Notes: a model not told the origin generated them from the sequence alone. A DNA stretch of 63,930 nt, filler included, from Octopus bimaculoides (GCF_001194135.2; 5 parts of 5 records of this genome joined end to end with filler, not necessarily neighbours in it), one strand, 5' to 3'. Positions 24,501-39,010 are shown, numbered from the whole stretch's first letter. Made by a program: numbers and translations.

Positions 24501-25717
24501 TTCTAATATCAATAAAAATAACTAGCGCTCTTCAAGCAGACCTGTTTGTGATATTTGTTTTGCATATAATTACAGAAACCCCATTGTCATCTCGTCAGAG
24601 ATGCAGGAAACCAGTGATTAGAGCAGGAAACCAGTGATTGGAAACACGCAGTCACTGATGCTAATGTTAAAATATTGCAATATAAAACGACACAAAAAAG
24701 ACACAACAAAATAAATATTGCAGACAGCAGACATCAAGTGCATTTACAGCCACTACAAACAGAAAAGACACACATCTTGGAGAAAATCACAAATAAATAG
24801 AAAATATCAGAACAAGTCACTCGCTCGTAAGTTTTCAAAAATCCATTGTAGGTAGGTGGAAAACTGAAATCTAGTGTATTTGGAAATTGCAGAAGAGAAA
24901 AATACAAATGAATAAATAAATCAAAACACTATATAACTGTAAACATCTCACTTGTCATATTTGATAGCTTGTTCACGAAAACCAAGCAATTTTCCACAAT
25001 TTGATGGCTTGTTCACGAAAACTGAACAATTTTACTAATGTAAAGAAATGGCTAAAAATGTGTGTCTTTTCTTCTACGCTTGCTCCCTCATTCTTCCTCT
25101 TCATCCTATACACAAGAATACATAAATATAGAGAAAAAAAAGGACATGCGAGCGTACACGTAAGCACACATACGTATGTGTATGTGTGTTTGTGTGTGTA
25201 TAATATGTGTGTATAATGTGTGTCTGTGTGTATGTGTATGAATATATATATGTATGTGTGCATGTACGTATTTATGTGTTTTCGTATAATCATCTAAATG
25301 TACATAAGTATATGCATAAATATTTATGAAAATATAGGTATATATACATATGCATATGTATTATATGTGTATATACATGTGTATGTATGTACACGCGCAT
25401 ACATTTATGTATACATGCATACATATATGTCAGTATGTTATAGAAATTAAGATTATATATTTCATGCGATACTACATCTNNNNNNNNNNNNNNNNNNNNN
25501 NNNNNNNNNNNNNNNNNNNNNNNNNNNNNNNNNNNNNNNNNNNNNNNNNNNNNNNNNNNNNNNNNNNNNNNNNNNNNNNNNNNNNNNNNNNNNNNNNNNN
25601 NNNNNNNNNNNNNNNNNNNNNNNNNNNNNNNNNNATGAATGTAGGCAAATATACACATAGACATACACACACTCGCATACATGCACACAAACATATGTCA
25701 GCGTGTGTGTATTTATG

Positions 25718-25719
<2 letters not shown>

Positions 25720-25803
<84 letters not shown>
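25720..25803. repeat. (AAT)n microsatellite
   Basis: Directly visible. Confidence 0.95.
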
Positions 25804-25806
<3 letters not shown>

Positions 25807-28559
25807 TATGTGTACCTTTGTTGGAATTTCTGGCAAGGAAAAGAGTTTTCAGTTGTTGAATCAAATGAAGCATCAGCCCACTGAGTTAGTATGGAAGCAG
25901 CTGAGTATTCCGCAACCATTTTGTGTCCTTAATGTAAATCCCAAACACAGTCAGCATAGTGTTCAGTGAGCGACAACTCTGGGCCTTTAAATTAACAGTC
26001 AATTCATATGGAATCTATGACATTTCCTTCTAACCTATTTCACTCGTATGCTTGAATTGAACCAATTCACCTTGGGAAAGTGCCAGGTTGACACACATCT
26101 CGACATCCACAGTGGAATCGCTCGCTGGACCTCATGAATGTAAAGCGAACATCTTAATCTTCTAATATTATGAGTTAGTCAGTTGGAAGAATCGTAAGTA
26201 CGCCGGGCAAATGCTTTTGGCATTTAATTCGTCTTTACTTTCTATGCTCGAATTCCATCAAGGTCGACTTTGCCTTTCATCATCCCGAGATCTATAAAAT
26301 AAGTACCGCTTGAGTATTGGAGTCGGTGCAATCGATTTAATCTCCCTTGGTAGTCTTGTGCCAAAACTTGAAATCAATATTATTATGTGGCCAGTTGACA
26401 GAATCGTTAATATTCTGGGCAAAATGCTTTGCACCAGTCTTTACGCTCTGCGTTCAAATTCCATCGAAGTCGACTTTGCCTTTCATCCTTTCAGGGTCGA
26501 TAAAAGTGTATCAGTTGGTCACTTGCTCACTCTCCCGAACATGTCCACCTTGTGCCAATATTTCAAACCAATTTTTATCTCAACAGACACACACATACAC
26601 ACACATGTAGACACACACGTATACACAAAGACACATGGGCGCGTCCGTATAAATCAAATTCACGTTCCAGAGTCGAGAAGAGTGAAGTAAGGTTGTCTTT
26701 GGCCTATGCTTCATAGAGATCGAGGGGTTTGAGTGAATTTTTAGAGAAGTAAATGAAAACGAAAAGTAGATGAGATAGAAAGAAAGAAAATGGGGATTTG
26801 TAGAGGGAAAGGCACTGAGACAAAGAGGAGGAACGCTCAGTATCTTGTGCAACAGGTAATTCTGCGATAAGGCTATAACATAAAATTGAGGACTGGTAAA
26901 ATGTGTGAGGAAGAATGAAATTGTGTGAATTACGGAAGACATGGAAAGACGAAAGAGCTCAACGATATAGAGGGGGATTAGACAGGTAATGTGATGAAAA
27001 GACATGAGTATATTATATAAGCATACATACACGTACACACAAAGGGAGAGAAGGAGAGAGACAGAGAGACAGAGAGAGAGAGAGAGAGGGGGAGAGAGAG
27101 TGAGAGAAAGAAAGAGATTGAGACAAGGATGAAGATTCATATATAAAATGAGAATATGTGTAGAAGAATGATACAGAAGAGGAAAGACGAAATGAATAGA
27201 TGGATTTTCGCTATGATGACTAGGTTTCTCTTCAAAGACCTCTTTCAGAATATAACGAACGATGCTTATTTCTCGTGTCTATCAGTTAGTGCTTTATAAA
27301 TATAATTTTTTTTCTTTTTACTAGTTTCAGCTTGAGTGCTACGGCCATGCCGGGGCACCGAAGAAATAGTTGAGTAACGAAGTTTACTTCACTATCATTA
27401 GATCACAAGTTCGATCACATTTAGTTGTATTTAGTGCAAGTGTCCTTTACCATGTGTTGCTGTCGCCACAAATCTCGTGAGTAAAACAGCGTAAGCGGAA
27501 AAGAAATAGAATCCCGCCGGATTGACTGCCGCTAATTCAAACATCCTGCCTTGTCACGATGTTCTGCGCGCTGATTTTATTTGAGAATTACGTTAATAGT
27601 ACGTATATTTGTGGAATACTCAGCCGGTGTGCACTTTAGCTGAGTCGCTGAGTTATTAGTACAACAGGTGGTTAATTAGACGTAACCGGCGGGAGCTACG
27701 TTTATATATATATATATATATATNNNNNNNNNNNNNNNNNNNNNNNNNNNNNNNNNNNNNNNNNNNNNNNNNNNNNNNNNNNNNNNNNNNNNNNNNNNNN
27801 NNNNNNNNNNNNNNNNNNNNNNNNNNNNNNNNNNNNNNNNNNNNNNNNNNNNNNNNNNNNNNNNNNNNNNNNNNNNNNNNNNNNNNNNNNNNNNNNNNNN
27901 NNNNNNNNNNNNNNNNNNNNNNNNNNNNNNNNNNNNNNNNNNNNNNNNNNNNNNNNNNNNNNNNNNNNNNNNNNNNNNNNNNNNNNNNNNNNNNNNNNNN
28001 NNNNNNNNNNNNNNNNNNNNNNNNNNNNNNNNNNNNNNNNNNNNNNNNNNNNNNNNNNNNNNNNNNNNNNNNNNNNNNNNNNNNNNNNNNNNNNNNNNNN
28101 NNNNNNNNNNNNNNNNNNNNNNNNNNNNNNNNNNNNNNNNNNNNNNNNNNNNNNNNNNNNNNNNNNNNNNNNNNNNNNNNNNNNNNNNNNNNNNNNNNNN
28201 NNNNNNNNNNNNNNNNNNNNNNNNNNNNNNNNNNNNNNNNNNNNNNNNNNNNNNNNNNNNNNNNNNNNNNNNNNNNNNNNNNNNNNNNNNNNNNNNNNNN
28301 NNNNNNNNNNNNNNNNNNNNNNNNNNNNNNNNNNNNNNNNNNNNNNNNNNNNNNNNNNNNNAATAGATACACCAATACATCATAATGTCTTTAAGCTTTT
28401 GAAGTTCACTAATTTTCCTTGGAAAAACTTGTTGGAAGGGTTAGGATGCATGTGTTTCTGTGTAATGTTTTTTTCAAGAAGGCTGGATGTTTATGTGTCA
28501 AACAGGAAATGGGGTAGTAGTTGTAGTGATCAACTTCCTGTGGAAATGTATGGAAAATA

Positions 28560-28930
28560 CTTCCATACATTTCCCCCCACAACCCCCAAAACATCGAAGC
28601 ATACACCACAATCATACAACCCCCCCCCTTACTGACCACAGACCCCAAAATGAATAATATTATCAATACACATAAAATCCTTAAATGCAAAAGGCAACAC
28701 AAACCATTGAAAAATCTCTTAACAAATGCCAAACTACACACACCACATCCACCCCCATCAGTTAAAAGATGTGCACGCCCTAACTGTAGTACCTACCCCT
28801 ACCTACTTGAAGGCTCTGAATTTATTTTCAAACAAGGAACAAAGTTTAAAATCAAGACCAACTTCTCTTGTTCCTCCGAGAACCTCATTTACGTCCTTAC
28901 ATGCGCAGGTTGCCAACACAATTATATTTC
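28560..28930 (+). mobile_element. Penelope-like thumb/GIY-YIG fragment
   Basis: IPYIS..HNP, KCKRQHKPLKNLLTNAK, KRCARPNCSTYPYL, NFSCSSENLIYVLTCAGCQHNYI. Confidence 0.8.
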
Positions 28931-29368
28931 ATTGTATCTGTTTTAATTATTTATTTTCGTTTACATGTATATAACATCTGCTTTTGCACGCGCGTATGTT
29001 TTTAATATCATTGTTGTAATTTAGAGATGATGATAGTAGGCGTATCTTGTTGGAAGTTGAACACTATATTCTGTTAAGAGTGTCTGTTCAGGTACAATCT
29101 GCCCTTAGTATGCGTACTGCCTGTGTAACCTACTAGACTGTAGATCTTTTGCATCCGCAGACGATCATTTCAACCAACATTGATTAAACAGGCGGAAGGA
29201 CATGACAACACTGGTGTCCATGTAATGAAGAGAAAGAGACAAGATATAGAAACATAACATAAACACAATAAACGAGTAGAGAAATTTCATATAGAATTTC
29301 TTTCCTCGCACGTACACGCGTCTGGACGCCCGCACGCGTCTGGACGCCCGCACGCGTGCACACATACA

Positions 29369-29408
<40 letters not shown>

Positions 29409-31129
29409 ATTTTTAGTTGAACAAATTGAAGAAAGAAAACTCACTACATGAGTATTTACAATTTTTATTTGAAAAGTTACAAAAGTGAGGCAACGTTAGA
29501 AAATTTCGCTCCCAGCACTTATTAACTTTGAATTCTATATCCTTTATTTATACACCGTAGATGTGTGTATGTAAGTGTCGCTGTGTGTATGTGTGTGTGT
29601 GTGTCTGTGTCTGCGTGTGTATGTGTATATGATACAAGTGTGTGTGTCTCTGTGCGTACACCTATACACACCCATATATTACTTATATAAATGCATATAT
29701 AGTTCTATATACGTGTATGTTTAATGAAAATGAATACAAATGGGAATGCTGGAAAAGATCGAGCTGCTTAGAATTGGCAATATTACCCTTTATTTGGTTT
29801 AGATTAGTACTAGCAAAGATTTCGAGAATTTTGTTGAAGTAAACCGTAATCTTTTAGCATATTCTGGAATGCGTTTTGGACGCTGGTTCTAAATCTCTAC
29901 TATATATATCTTCTAAACTGGGTGTTTTGACGTTCACAAACTATTAGTACTAGCAATATACTGAATAACACACACATACACACACACACTCACAGGAGTG
30001 GGTTGAGGGTTGAGGTTCTTATATAACTGGCAGCAGTTAAAATTTGTTTTATTATTTGAGCCAACACTCAGTACATACACTCGATTAGTTCGGTTATCAT
30101 GGATTTTAATATTTACATTATATATTCCATTAGATAATCGTATAATTAAAGGATATATATTAAATAAGTTTATAAAGTATTGTGAACATAATTTCCTCTT
30201 ATATACCTCGGGTATTATAAAGTCAGTTATCACGCCTTGATTCTCTAATGTCTGGTATAATATTTCCATTCACGAATTATGTTGATGGAATCGCTCTCTG
30301 TGTTCAGTGTTTATCAGACCAATATATAATTTCAGCTTCAGATTTCGGTGCCGTCGGCAATTGTACTTCGTTTAATCTCAGTAACATCTATGGAGCTAGG
30401 CCAACATTTGAGTGAAACATTATTGGAGCAGTCCGAGCGCAGCGCTAAAATGGGTTTGGACAGACTTGCTTCTTCTTAGCAGAAAATCGAATTAGCTTAA
30501 CCAGTAAGAGTCAATATGATATTCTATTTGTTTTTTTCCATATACTGGGTAAGTCAAAGTCATTGACCGTCTCTTTTTGTCTAACTGATGTAATCCACAT
30601 GAGCAAGAAGAACAAATTCTATATACAGCCTACTGCTTGTCTTAGTCACCTATATGACAACCAAAATATATGACGTATACTTTCATAAGGACTGCTCCTC
30701 CTCCTCCTCCTCCACCTCCTCCTCCNNNNNNNNNNNNNNNNNNNNNNNNNNNNNNNNNNNNNNNNNNNNNNNNNNNNNNNNNNNNNNNNNNNNNNNNNNN
30801 NNNNNNNNNNNNNNNNNNNNNNNNNNNNNNNNNNNNNNNNNNNNNNNNNNNNNNNNNNNNNNNNNNNNNNNNNNNNNNNNNNNNNNNNNNNNNNNNNNNN
30901 NNNNNNNNNNNNNNNNNNNNNNNNNNNNNNNNNNNNNNNNNNNNNNNNNNNNNNNNNNNNNNNNNNNNNNNNNNNNNNNNNNNNNNNNNNNNNNNNNNNN
31001 NNNNNNNNNNNNNNNNNNNNNNNNNNNNNNNNNNNNNNNNNNNNNNNNNNNNNNNNNNNNNNNNNNNNNNNNNNNNNNNNNNNNNNNNNNNNNNNNNNNN
31101 NNNNNNNNNNNNNNNNNNNNNNNNNNNNN

Positions 31130-31185
<56 letters not shown>

Positions 31186-32504
31186 TTGGTTTTTGCTTTG
31201 TATTTGTGCAATTTGATTCCAAGTCTCTCCCAGAGACCTAAAAAAAAAAAAAGCTTGAAGTTCACATTGGCATTATGACTAGGGTGCTATATATTTTGTT
31301 TTGCACATAGTATTTATTGTTCAAGAGAATGTCTGTGAAAACGTAAGTAAATTAGCAGTTTGTTTTAAAAATAATTTGATTACAAGATGACAGTCTGGTG
31401 TTATGATGACAGCAAAATGTGTTTGCTTTTATGTACATTTAAACATGTTTTGAAGCTGTTTACAGAGTAAAATATTTTTGGGATTATATAGACAGTATCT
31501 TTCATAAGATATATGGGCTGTTCCTATGAGCACTAGGTTTTGAATTTCTGCCATTTTGGGATTTCCTGATATTAGAGCTAAGTAGCAATCAGCCCTTTTT
31601 ATTATCATTCCTAAGGCACCTATGACAAGTATTGTTTTTAGTCTTGAGGTTGCATATTTTGCGAATTTCTATTTCAAGATCTTTAAACTTGCTCAGTTTT
31701 TGTAGGTCTTGATAAATACCTTTATGTGAATGTTTCTTGAGCGAAAACACCTAAGGCTCCTCGAGGCTCCGGCAGGGGGTGGTGGCGACCTATGTTGTAC
31801 TCTTTCGCCCCAACTTTCTCTCACCCTTTCTTCCTGTTTCTTGAGCAACGCAGCGATGGACTGGCGTCCCGTCCAGCGGGGATTTGTTGTATTTGGAATT
31901 CACTTAGATATTTCTTTACCTGTTTTGTTACTGGATAAGATATTTCTTTACATGTTTTGTTACTGAGTATGCTTGTTTTGTTACTGAGTATGCCTGTTTT
32001 GGTAATATCATTCTTTTGTGTGAGAGAGTAATGGATGCCATCAAAGTGACACTGGGGTAAAATATACGAAGACCAGTATACCCATCATGACTACCCGTCT
32101 GATAAGGGTAAACTAAGCACATGCATCGCAACCATATGTGCGACATGGTGATCTCATCAAAATAAACAGCGCATGAACTTGATGGGTGGGGCCTGGTTAG
32201 AATTTTCTTCAGGTCGAGTAGCCTATACCACTCAAAATGTCCCTGCATAAGGGTTAAAGATAAACAAAACACCCATGATTCCAGTTGTGAATTATCCATA
32301 GCCCAAGCAATTCCTCTCAACACATAGCTATGAGTCTCCCCCGATACTTCTGCTCGTGATCAGAGATGCACATATCGTCCGCCATTAAGGGACATGCTCA
32401 ACTGGTTGAGGTCAAGCAACTGACAAGCAAATCTGTGGTATTTAGCAGAATACTTACCGTATCGCAACTTTTATACCAAGACAAAACAATGTACATGATG
32501 ACAC

Positions 32505-32535
<31 letters not shown>

Positions 32536-32599
32536 TATTATTATAGAGGCGGCGAGTTGGCAAAATCGTTAGCACGCCGGGCGAAATGCTTAGCGATAC

Positions 32600-32996
32600 T
32601 TTTCTATTTAAATTTTATATAAATATCTTTCAAAAGGTATAGATTACGATTATAAAGAAATTTGTGCGGAAAATCGTTTCAGAAGCGTTAGGGAGAGGAC
32701 TTCAGCAAATTCACAATATCCGATGTTTTTCCCTCGTAACGTTGAGGAAAATGGATATCTTTTTATTTCACACACCACGTAGGAAACGAATCTGAAAACA
32801 AAAATGTGCGAAAAGCAACGGGGTTGGGGTGGTAGACAGGACTTCGGAAAATTCAGAAGATCCGAGATTTTCCCTCGTAACTTTGAGGAAAATATAATCC
32901 TTTTGGAATCACAAATTAGTCTTTTTCTCAGGAACTTGGATGCTAAACATCCCTTTGAAGAGTTCGGGTTCTTCTACTATACTCACACACACACAT

Positions 32997-33059
<63 letters not shown>

Positions 33060-34170
33060 GATGCACACACACACATATATATAGATGCACATACACACAT
33101 ATATATGAAATCACTCACTCGCTCCATTTGCCCCATGATATTGCTATGCCATTGGAAGTTTAGCTACACAAAATATATTACATAACAGATGTATGTGTCT
33201 CTCTCCCTCACTCCACACAAAATTAAAACGTATTTGTTTACCCGATTAAAACTTCCGCAAGAAAAATTGCTAAAGGAAAGTGAAAACATTAGATACTGTT
33301 TGGAAAGTAATGATTTTTAAGAGGTATGTAAAAGATATTTTGTTTTAATATAATATTTTATTTCACACATACACAAACACTAACGTGGTTTTCATAACGA
33401 TTTTGTATCATTCTTTCTTTCTCCTGCCCAGACTTCGTTACCACTAATTTTTATAAAGGTGCACTTGTAAAAATTTAACGAAATTTTAATGAAAGAAACA
33501 GCCCCCGATTTCCGGACAAAAAAGTTTTGTGGCTTATTAGGTCACCGAAATTCGTTCATCGAAAAAAAAAAACCTTTTCCAATAATTCCAGTTTCCCTCA
33601 CCTCTCCTTCTTCCGAAGAAAAATAAGGGGTTTGCGGCACATTAGGCATCCGTAATGCATGCTGTTTAACAGGTATTTATATACAATTTCATTATAAGAT
33701 ATCTATTTTCCTCAAAGTTACGAGGGGAAAACATCAGATTTTGTGAATTTTCTGAAGCCCTCTCTCCATCCCTCGGAAAAGATTTTCNNNNNNNNNNAAA
33801 AAAAAAACCTTTTCCAATAATTCCAGTTTCCCTCACCTCTCCTTCTTCCGAAGAAAAATAAGGGGTTTGCGGCACATTAGGCATCCGTAATGCATGCTGT
33901 TTAACAGGTATTTATATACAATTTCATTATAAGATATCTATTTTCCTCAAAGTTACGAGGGGAAAACATCAGATTTTGTGAATTTTCTGAAGCCCTCTCT
34001 CCATCCCTCGGAAAAGATTTTCCCCACAAATTTCCTTATAACCGTAATCTATACCGTTTGAAAGGTATTTATATAAAATTTCATTAAAAAGACCTATTTT
34101 TCTAAAAGTCATGAGGGGAAAAATGTCGGCTCTTGTAAATTTTATGAAGGCATCTCTCCACCTCCACCCC
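32600..34170. repeat. Unclassified repeat family in both orientations
   Basis: 32600-32762 is a diverged reverse complement of 33931-34090. The subrepeat TATTTTCCTCAAAGTTACGAGGG recurs. Confidence 0.6.
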
Positions 34171-34283
34171 ATTGCTCTCCGGACATTTTTGTTTTCACAT
34201 TCGTTTCTACATCTTTTTTTTCTTTTTACACTCGTTGCACTTTTTTTCGATTTCGTTACCGGGTAATAATGTCAACGTTATTA

Positions 34284-34990
34284 TTATTATGTCTGGCTTC
34301 TTCGAACTTCTTTGTCAGCGCCTTATATATCCCTGTTAAATATTCTAGCCAAAGATTGGGTGTTTTGTGCCCTATCGTCTTCTAGTTGCTTAGCTTTTGC
34401 AGTGCCTGAGTTACCTCTTCCGTTGTTATAGCCATCTAGATTTGTTGAGGTGCTGTGTTTGTTGTTTTAATTATTCCTTTCTGGGGTAGTTCTTCCATCG
34501 CCCATACTTCTTTCCAAAATTCTTCCTATTCATCTGCAGTTAGTGCTGCATTGATCTCTATTTTATTTTTTCAAGTTCTTGATAGAATTGTTTTGTTTTG
34601 GAGTTAAACTGCTTGTTTGTTCAAAACATCGTTGGAGTTTCTCATACCGACGGATTCTTTGTGCTATGGTGAGGGTATTTTATTTTTACTTTAGCAGTTC
34701 TATCTCAGGTGTATCTTGCTTTGTTATTGTGTACCTTTGTAGTATTATTTTCTTTCTTGTTGTTTCGTCGTATAGTGAGTTACTAATTTCATTAAGGATT
34801 GACAGATCCCTTTTATTTTCTATATTTTTTCTGGATATTAATTTTCCATACCGTTTCTTTAGGTTGTGATACTCCTACTTGGATGGATTTGAGGGAGTAT
34901 CCACTGTCCTTTGTGGCCACGTATAATATTTCATTTAGTCTGGTCATATTGACGTTTTCTTCTGTTGCAATTATTTCTATGACGGCCTAA
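34284..34990 (-). mobile_element. R4/Dong-like non-LTR element, pre-RT fragment
   Basis: AQRIRRYEK, KQFYQEL, EEFWKEVW, TPNLWLEYL; breaks off at an (AAT)n tract. Confidence 0.65.
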
Positions 34991-36928
34991 TTTTTTTAAT
35001 AATATTGTTGCTGTCTTATTACCAAGTCTAATTTTGGAGAGGTTCATACTGAGATCTTTTGTTATTTTAATTCCTTGATTATACTCATTTTTAACGTATT
35101 ATAATCACGGTTTCCGAATTCATTCTAGTTTTTAGGTTTACTCCACATTCCTTCCCGTTTATATTTATGTTTGTGTTATTCTGGTTTGGTGCACTTTGAT
35201 AATCATTATGAATTTCTAGTGTTGGCTTTGTCGTGTTTCATTACTTTGTTTTTGTCGCACGTTATGTCTACCTTCATGTCTTACATACAATTCCAGTACT
35301 TATGTTATTATTAGATATTGTTTTATGGACACTTTTTGCGTTTTCCTGATGTATTTTCCTTTTAAGTGCTATATTTCAGTTTCTGATATCTTTTTTGTTT
35401 TTCAGAATGTTTGTTAGGAGCCATCAGTATATCCAATTCAGAGTTATTTTTCTTCCAGATTTTATATGAATATGCTGTTGTATTTTCGTTTCGCAGATAG
35501 AACATTACTGTAAAATAAGCGTGAAAGATAGAAATATATCCCTCTCGTCTTAATTTATTATTCAGACAATCAATATTCAAACAGTCATCATTTTCGTAGG
35601 TTACCGGTTCGCTCGCTTCTGGTGTTAAATGGATTTGCATGTGTAATGTTTCGTATATTTTGTGTCTCCTGAGCAAGAGATCATTGGTTCGCAAAGTAAC
35701 ATTTACAAACATTTTTCAGATGACAATTTCATTAGTTTACATAGGTAATGTATAATATTGATATTATTTTAGATACACGTTTATATATAATATTTAAATA
35801 TATAAGTATTATACATTTATAATACTTATGTAAACTATTATAAATCTATAATACTATATATTTATACAGTGTAAAATATGTTCTGTAAATGCCTAAAATA
35901 TCACATACAAGGCAAAACGATGAATCAATATATCATCAGTCACATAATACATATGTATTGATTTCAAATTTTGGTGCAAGGCCTGCAGTTTCAAGGGAGG
36001 TGAGAAGCTGATTACATCGATCCCAGTGATCAACTGGTTGTAGCTTTACCGTCTCCGAAAAAATGAAAGGCAGAGCCGACCTCGGCGGAATTTGAACTCA
36101 GTATGTAAAGAAGGACGAAAATTTGCCCGGCGCGGTAACGACTCTGCCAGCTCGCCGCCTAAAAAAAAAAAGGAAATAAATCTCAGATTTGAACTCAAAA
36201 TAGAAAGAGCAAAACCATTATTGCCTAGCAATCTATTATATATTCTAATGACTGTGTTAATTAGCCGCCTATACGTAATATATACTGATTTCAAATTTTA
36301 GCACAAGTCCAGCAATTTCAGGTGAGCGAGTTAGTCGACTACATCGACACCAATACTTAATTGGTATTTATTCTATTAATACCAAAAGGATGAGAGGCAA
36401 AGTCGACCACGGTGGAATTTGAACTCAGAACGTGGAAACGGACGAAATGACGCCAATCATTTTGTTCAGCATATTAACAGTTCTGCCATGTCGTTGCCTT
36501 CCTGTACGTAATATATAATTTTTTTTTTATTTGCAATTAGTAGAAAATTAGTTTTTATTTTTATAACAAAGTATGTTTAGAAAAAACATTAAATTTCGTC
36601 TTCGGCTTCTGACTTTTCCCCAAGGAACTGCATGTATATGGTTTCCGCACAACTAAACTTTACTCCTGAGATATTCGTCACCCTACATGTAGCCTTTTTT
36701 TTTCTTACCTTTTCTGGCATATTGAATCTACGCTTTGCTAAGTTTAACTCTTCATAAAAAATGGCATGGAATGACCTTAACAGGCGTCTGTTGACTACTA
36801 AGTGGCAAAGTGCAAACAGAACTCCAGTCGTAGTCGAAGGGGAAAATGACAAAAAAATAAAACCGGGAATATCTGTCACCGGTACGGTTTAGTTATGATC
36901 CCAAGGACGGCCCAATGAACTATAGGGC

Positions 36929-36930
<2 letters not shown>

Positions 36931-37018
<88 letters not shown>

Positions 37019-37039
37019 TGATGATAATGATAATAATGA
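36931..37039. repeat. (AAT)n grading into (GAT)n
   Basis: Directly visible. Confidence 0.95.
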
Positions 37040-37884
37040 TAAATACTGGGCTCAACTAAATGCAAAAGAAATAGACAGAGAAAAATCCCAGCAATGGTTG
37101 AGAAGCTCAGGACTCAAAGCAGAGACTGAAGGATTTTTAGTTGCTGCACAAGACCAAAGCCTCCCCACCAGAAATTACCAAAAACATATAATGGAAAGAA
37201 ACATAACAAGTAACTGTAGAATATGTGGAGATGGACAAGAAACAATAAATCATATTATCTCTGGCTGCCCAGTCCTGGCTAAGAAGGAATATATTCACAG
37301 ACACGACAGAGCTGGGACCTATATACACTGGAAGCTATGCCAACACTATGGAATAACAACAGAAAAAATATGGTATAAACACAAGCCAGAAAAGCTCACG
37401 GAAAACGAAAAAGCAACCATACTCTGGGATATACCAATACACACAGATAGAGAAATTAAGGCAAATAGACCAGATATAGTTGTCAAAGATCTTGAAGAAA
37501 CAAAATGCTTTCTAATAGATGTATCAATACCAGCAGATGACAACGTTTCCCTAAAAGAAATAGAAAAACTTTCATAATATAAAGACCTGGAAATAGAGGT
37601 AACTCGAATGTGGAATCTAAACACAGAAACAATTCCTATCATAGTAGGTGCCTTAGGTGTAATAAAAAAATGTTCAGACAAATACATAACAAAAACACCA
37701 GGACTTACAAATATATATAACATACAGAAAATTGCACTACTGGGCACTGCACACATCCTACGCAAAACACTTTCAATACAGTAACCATAAGAGCATCACA
37801 GCAAACCACAGCACAGACCCAAGGCGCACAGAGCTGCGCTCGGTAGTGAAGTGAAAGCACATTATAAAAATAAAACTACTGAAC
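37040..37884 (+). mobile_element. 5'-truncated R4/Dong-like element, CCHC + RLE endonuclease + 3' UTR
   Basis: CRICGDGQETINHIISGC zinc knuckle, RHD, RPDIVVKD, LIDVSIP, KEIEKL. One nonsense codon at 37575. Confidence 0.88.
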
Positions 37885-37984
37885 NNNNNNNNNNNNNNNN
37901 NNNNNNNNNNNNNNNNNNNNNNNNNNNNTTAATTAATTAANNNNNNNNNNNNNNNNNNNNNNNNNNNNNNNNNNNNNNNNNNNN
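37885..37984. other. Artificial scaffold join
   Basis: TTAATTAATTAA at 37929-37940 between 44-N runs. Confidence 0.95.
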
Positions 37985-38239
37985 ATTTTTATAACAAATC
38001 ATACCATGTCTATTGAGGAGGCCAAACGTCAGCAATGTGTTGAAGTATTGAATCAAAAGGATCTAATTCTTTTAATCAGTGTTGCCAACTTAAAATCAGA
38101 ATTTTATACTAAATTTCAGTAGAAAAAATACAAAAAAAAAAAAATACTAAATATGACAAAAAAATGCTAAATATGACAAAAAAATGCTAAAGACTAATTA
38201 TATCAAAAAGCTTAATTTTTATTTACATTTTTATTAACT

Positions 38240-39010
38240 TTCTTTAATTATATTCTGCATTGAGAAATAATTTCTTGAATGTCACTGATTTGATCACTTT
38301 CAGCTGCAGTGCCCAGGTCTTGACTTCTGTATACATTCAAGGTCCCAATCTTGTTAATTATGTGTTTTGGAATATCGAAGTTTTTGCAACATTTCCCATA
38401 TCTTTTCAGGCCATATCTTATAAACAGTATTGATCTAAGCATCGGAAGATGCATTTTGTTTTTCAATTTTGATTTGATTACACCCATTCTACTGAACAAC
38501 CATTCAACTTCTGCATTTGAGTTTGGCAATGTCAATAGATTAATGGCAAAATTTGCATCATTTCTAATAGGATTTCCTCCAGTAGCATCTTTATATTCCA
38601 AGACTTCCAACCAGAATGCCCCAGTATTAGACATATTTGTCCATTTAACTAAATGAATGCTATTAAACTGAATTTCAATTGAAGCAATTTTTTTCTTCAT
38701 TTAAATGAATTGCTTCTAAGACAGGTAAAATTGGCTCTTTGAAATGCTGCAAAATATTCTCTACTGAAAAACATTTGATATTCCTCAGTATATTAATATT
38801 TTCTGGCAAACAGTGCTTGAGCTTTTTATAAAGGCAGAGTAAAAATTGTTGTGCTCTTTTGTGAACATTATTTCTTCAGTGGCTGTTACAGTCTTTTTGA
38901 TAATCATTTCTGCTATCTTTCTCTTGAACCTGTAGCCTAAATTTGGTTTAGGATCCAGAAATTTTTCAATAGAAGCATCCAGATCAAGAGGATCAACTCT
39001 ATTGGGTTAG
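38240..39010 (-). mobile_element. hAT-like transposase C-terminal fragment
   Basis: LLTLPNSNAEVEWLFSRMGVIKSKLKNKM matches the hATC dimerisation motif (P.SNA..ER.FS......K.RN). Confidence 0.75.

Noticed and set aside
30248-30415. 55-codon ORF MSGIIFPFTNYVDG...RPTFE
   Set aside because: No recognisable motif or splice context; compatible with chance.
33563-34022. Identical 225-bp tandem duplication
   Set aside because: The copies flank a 10-N gap, so this is most likely overlapping contig ends.
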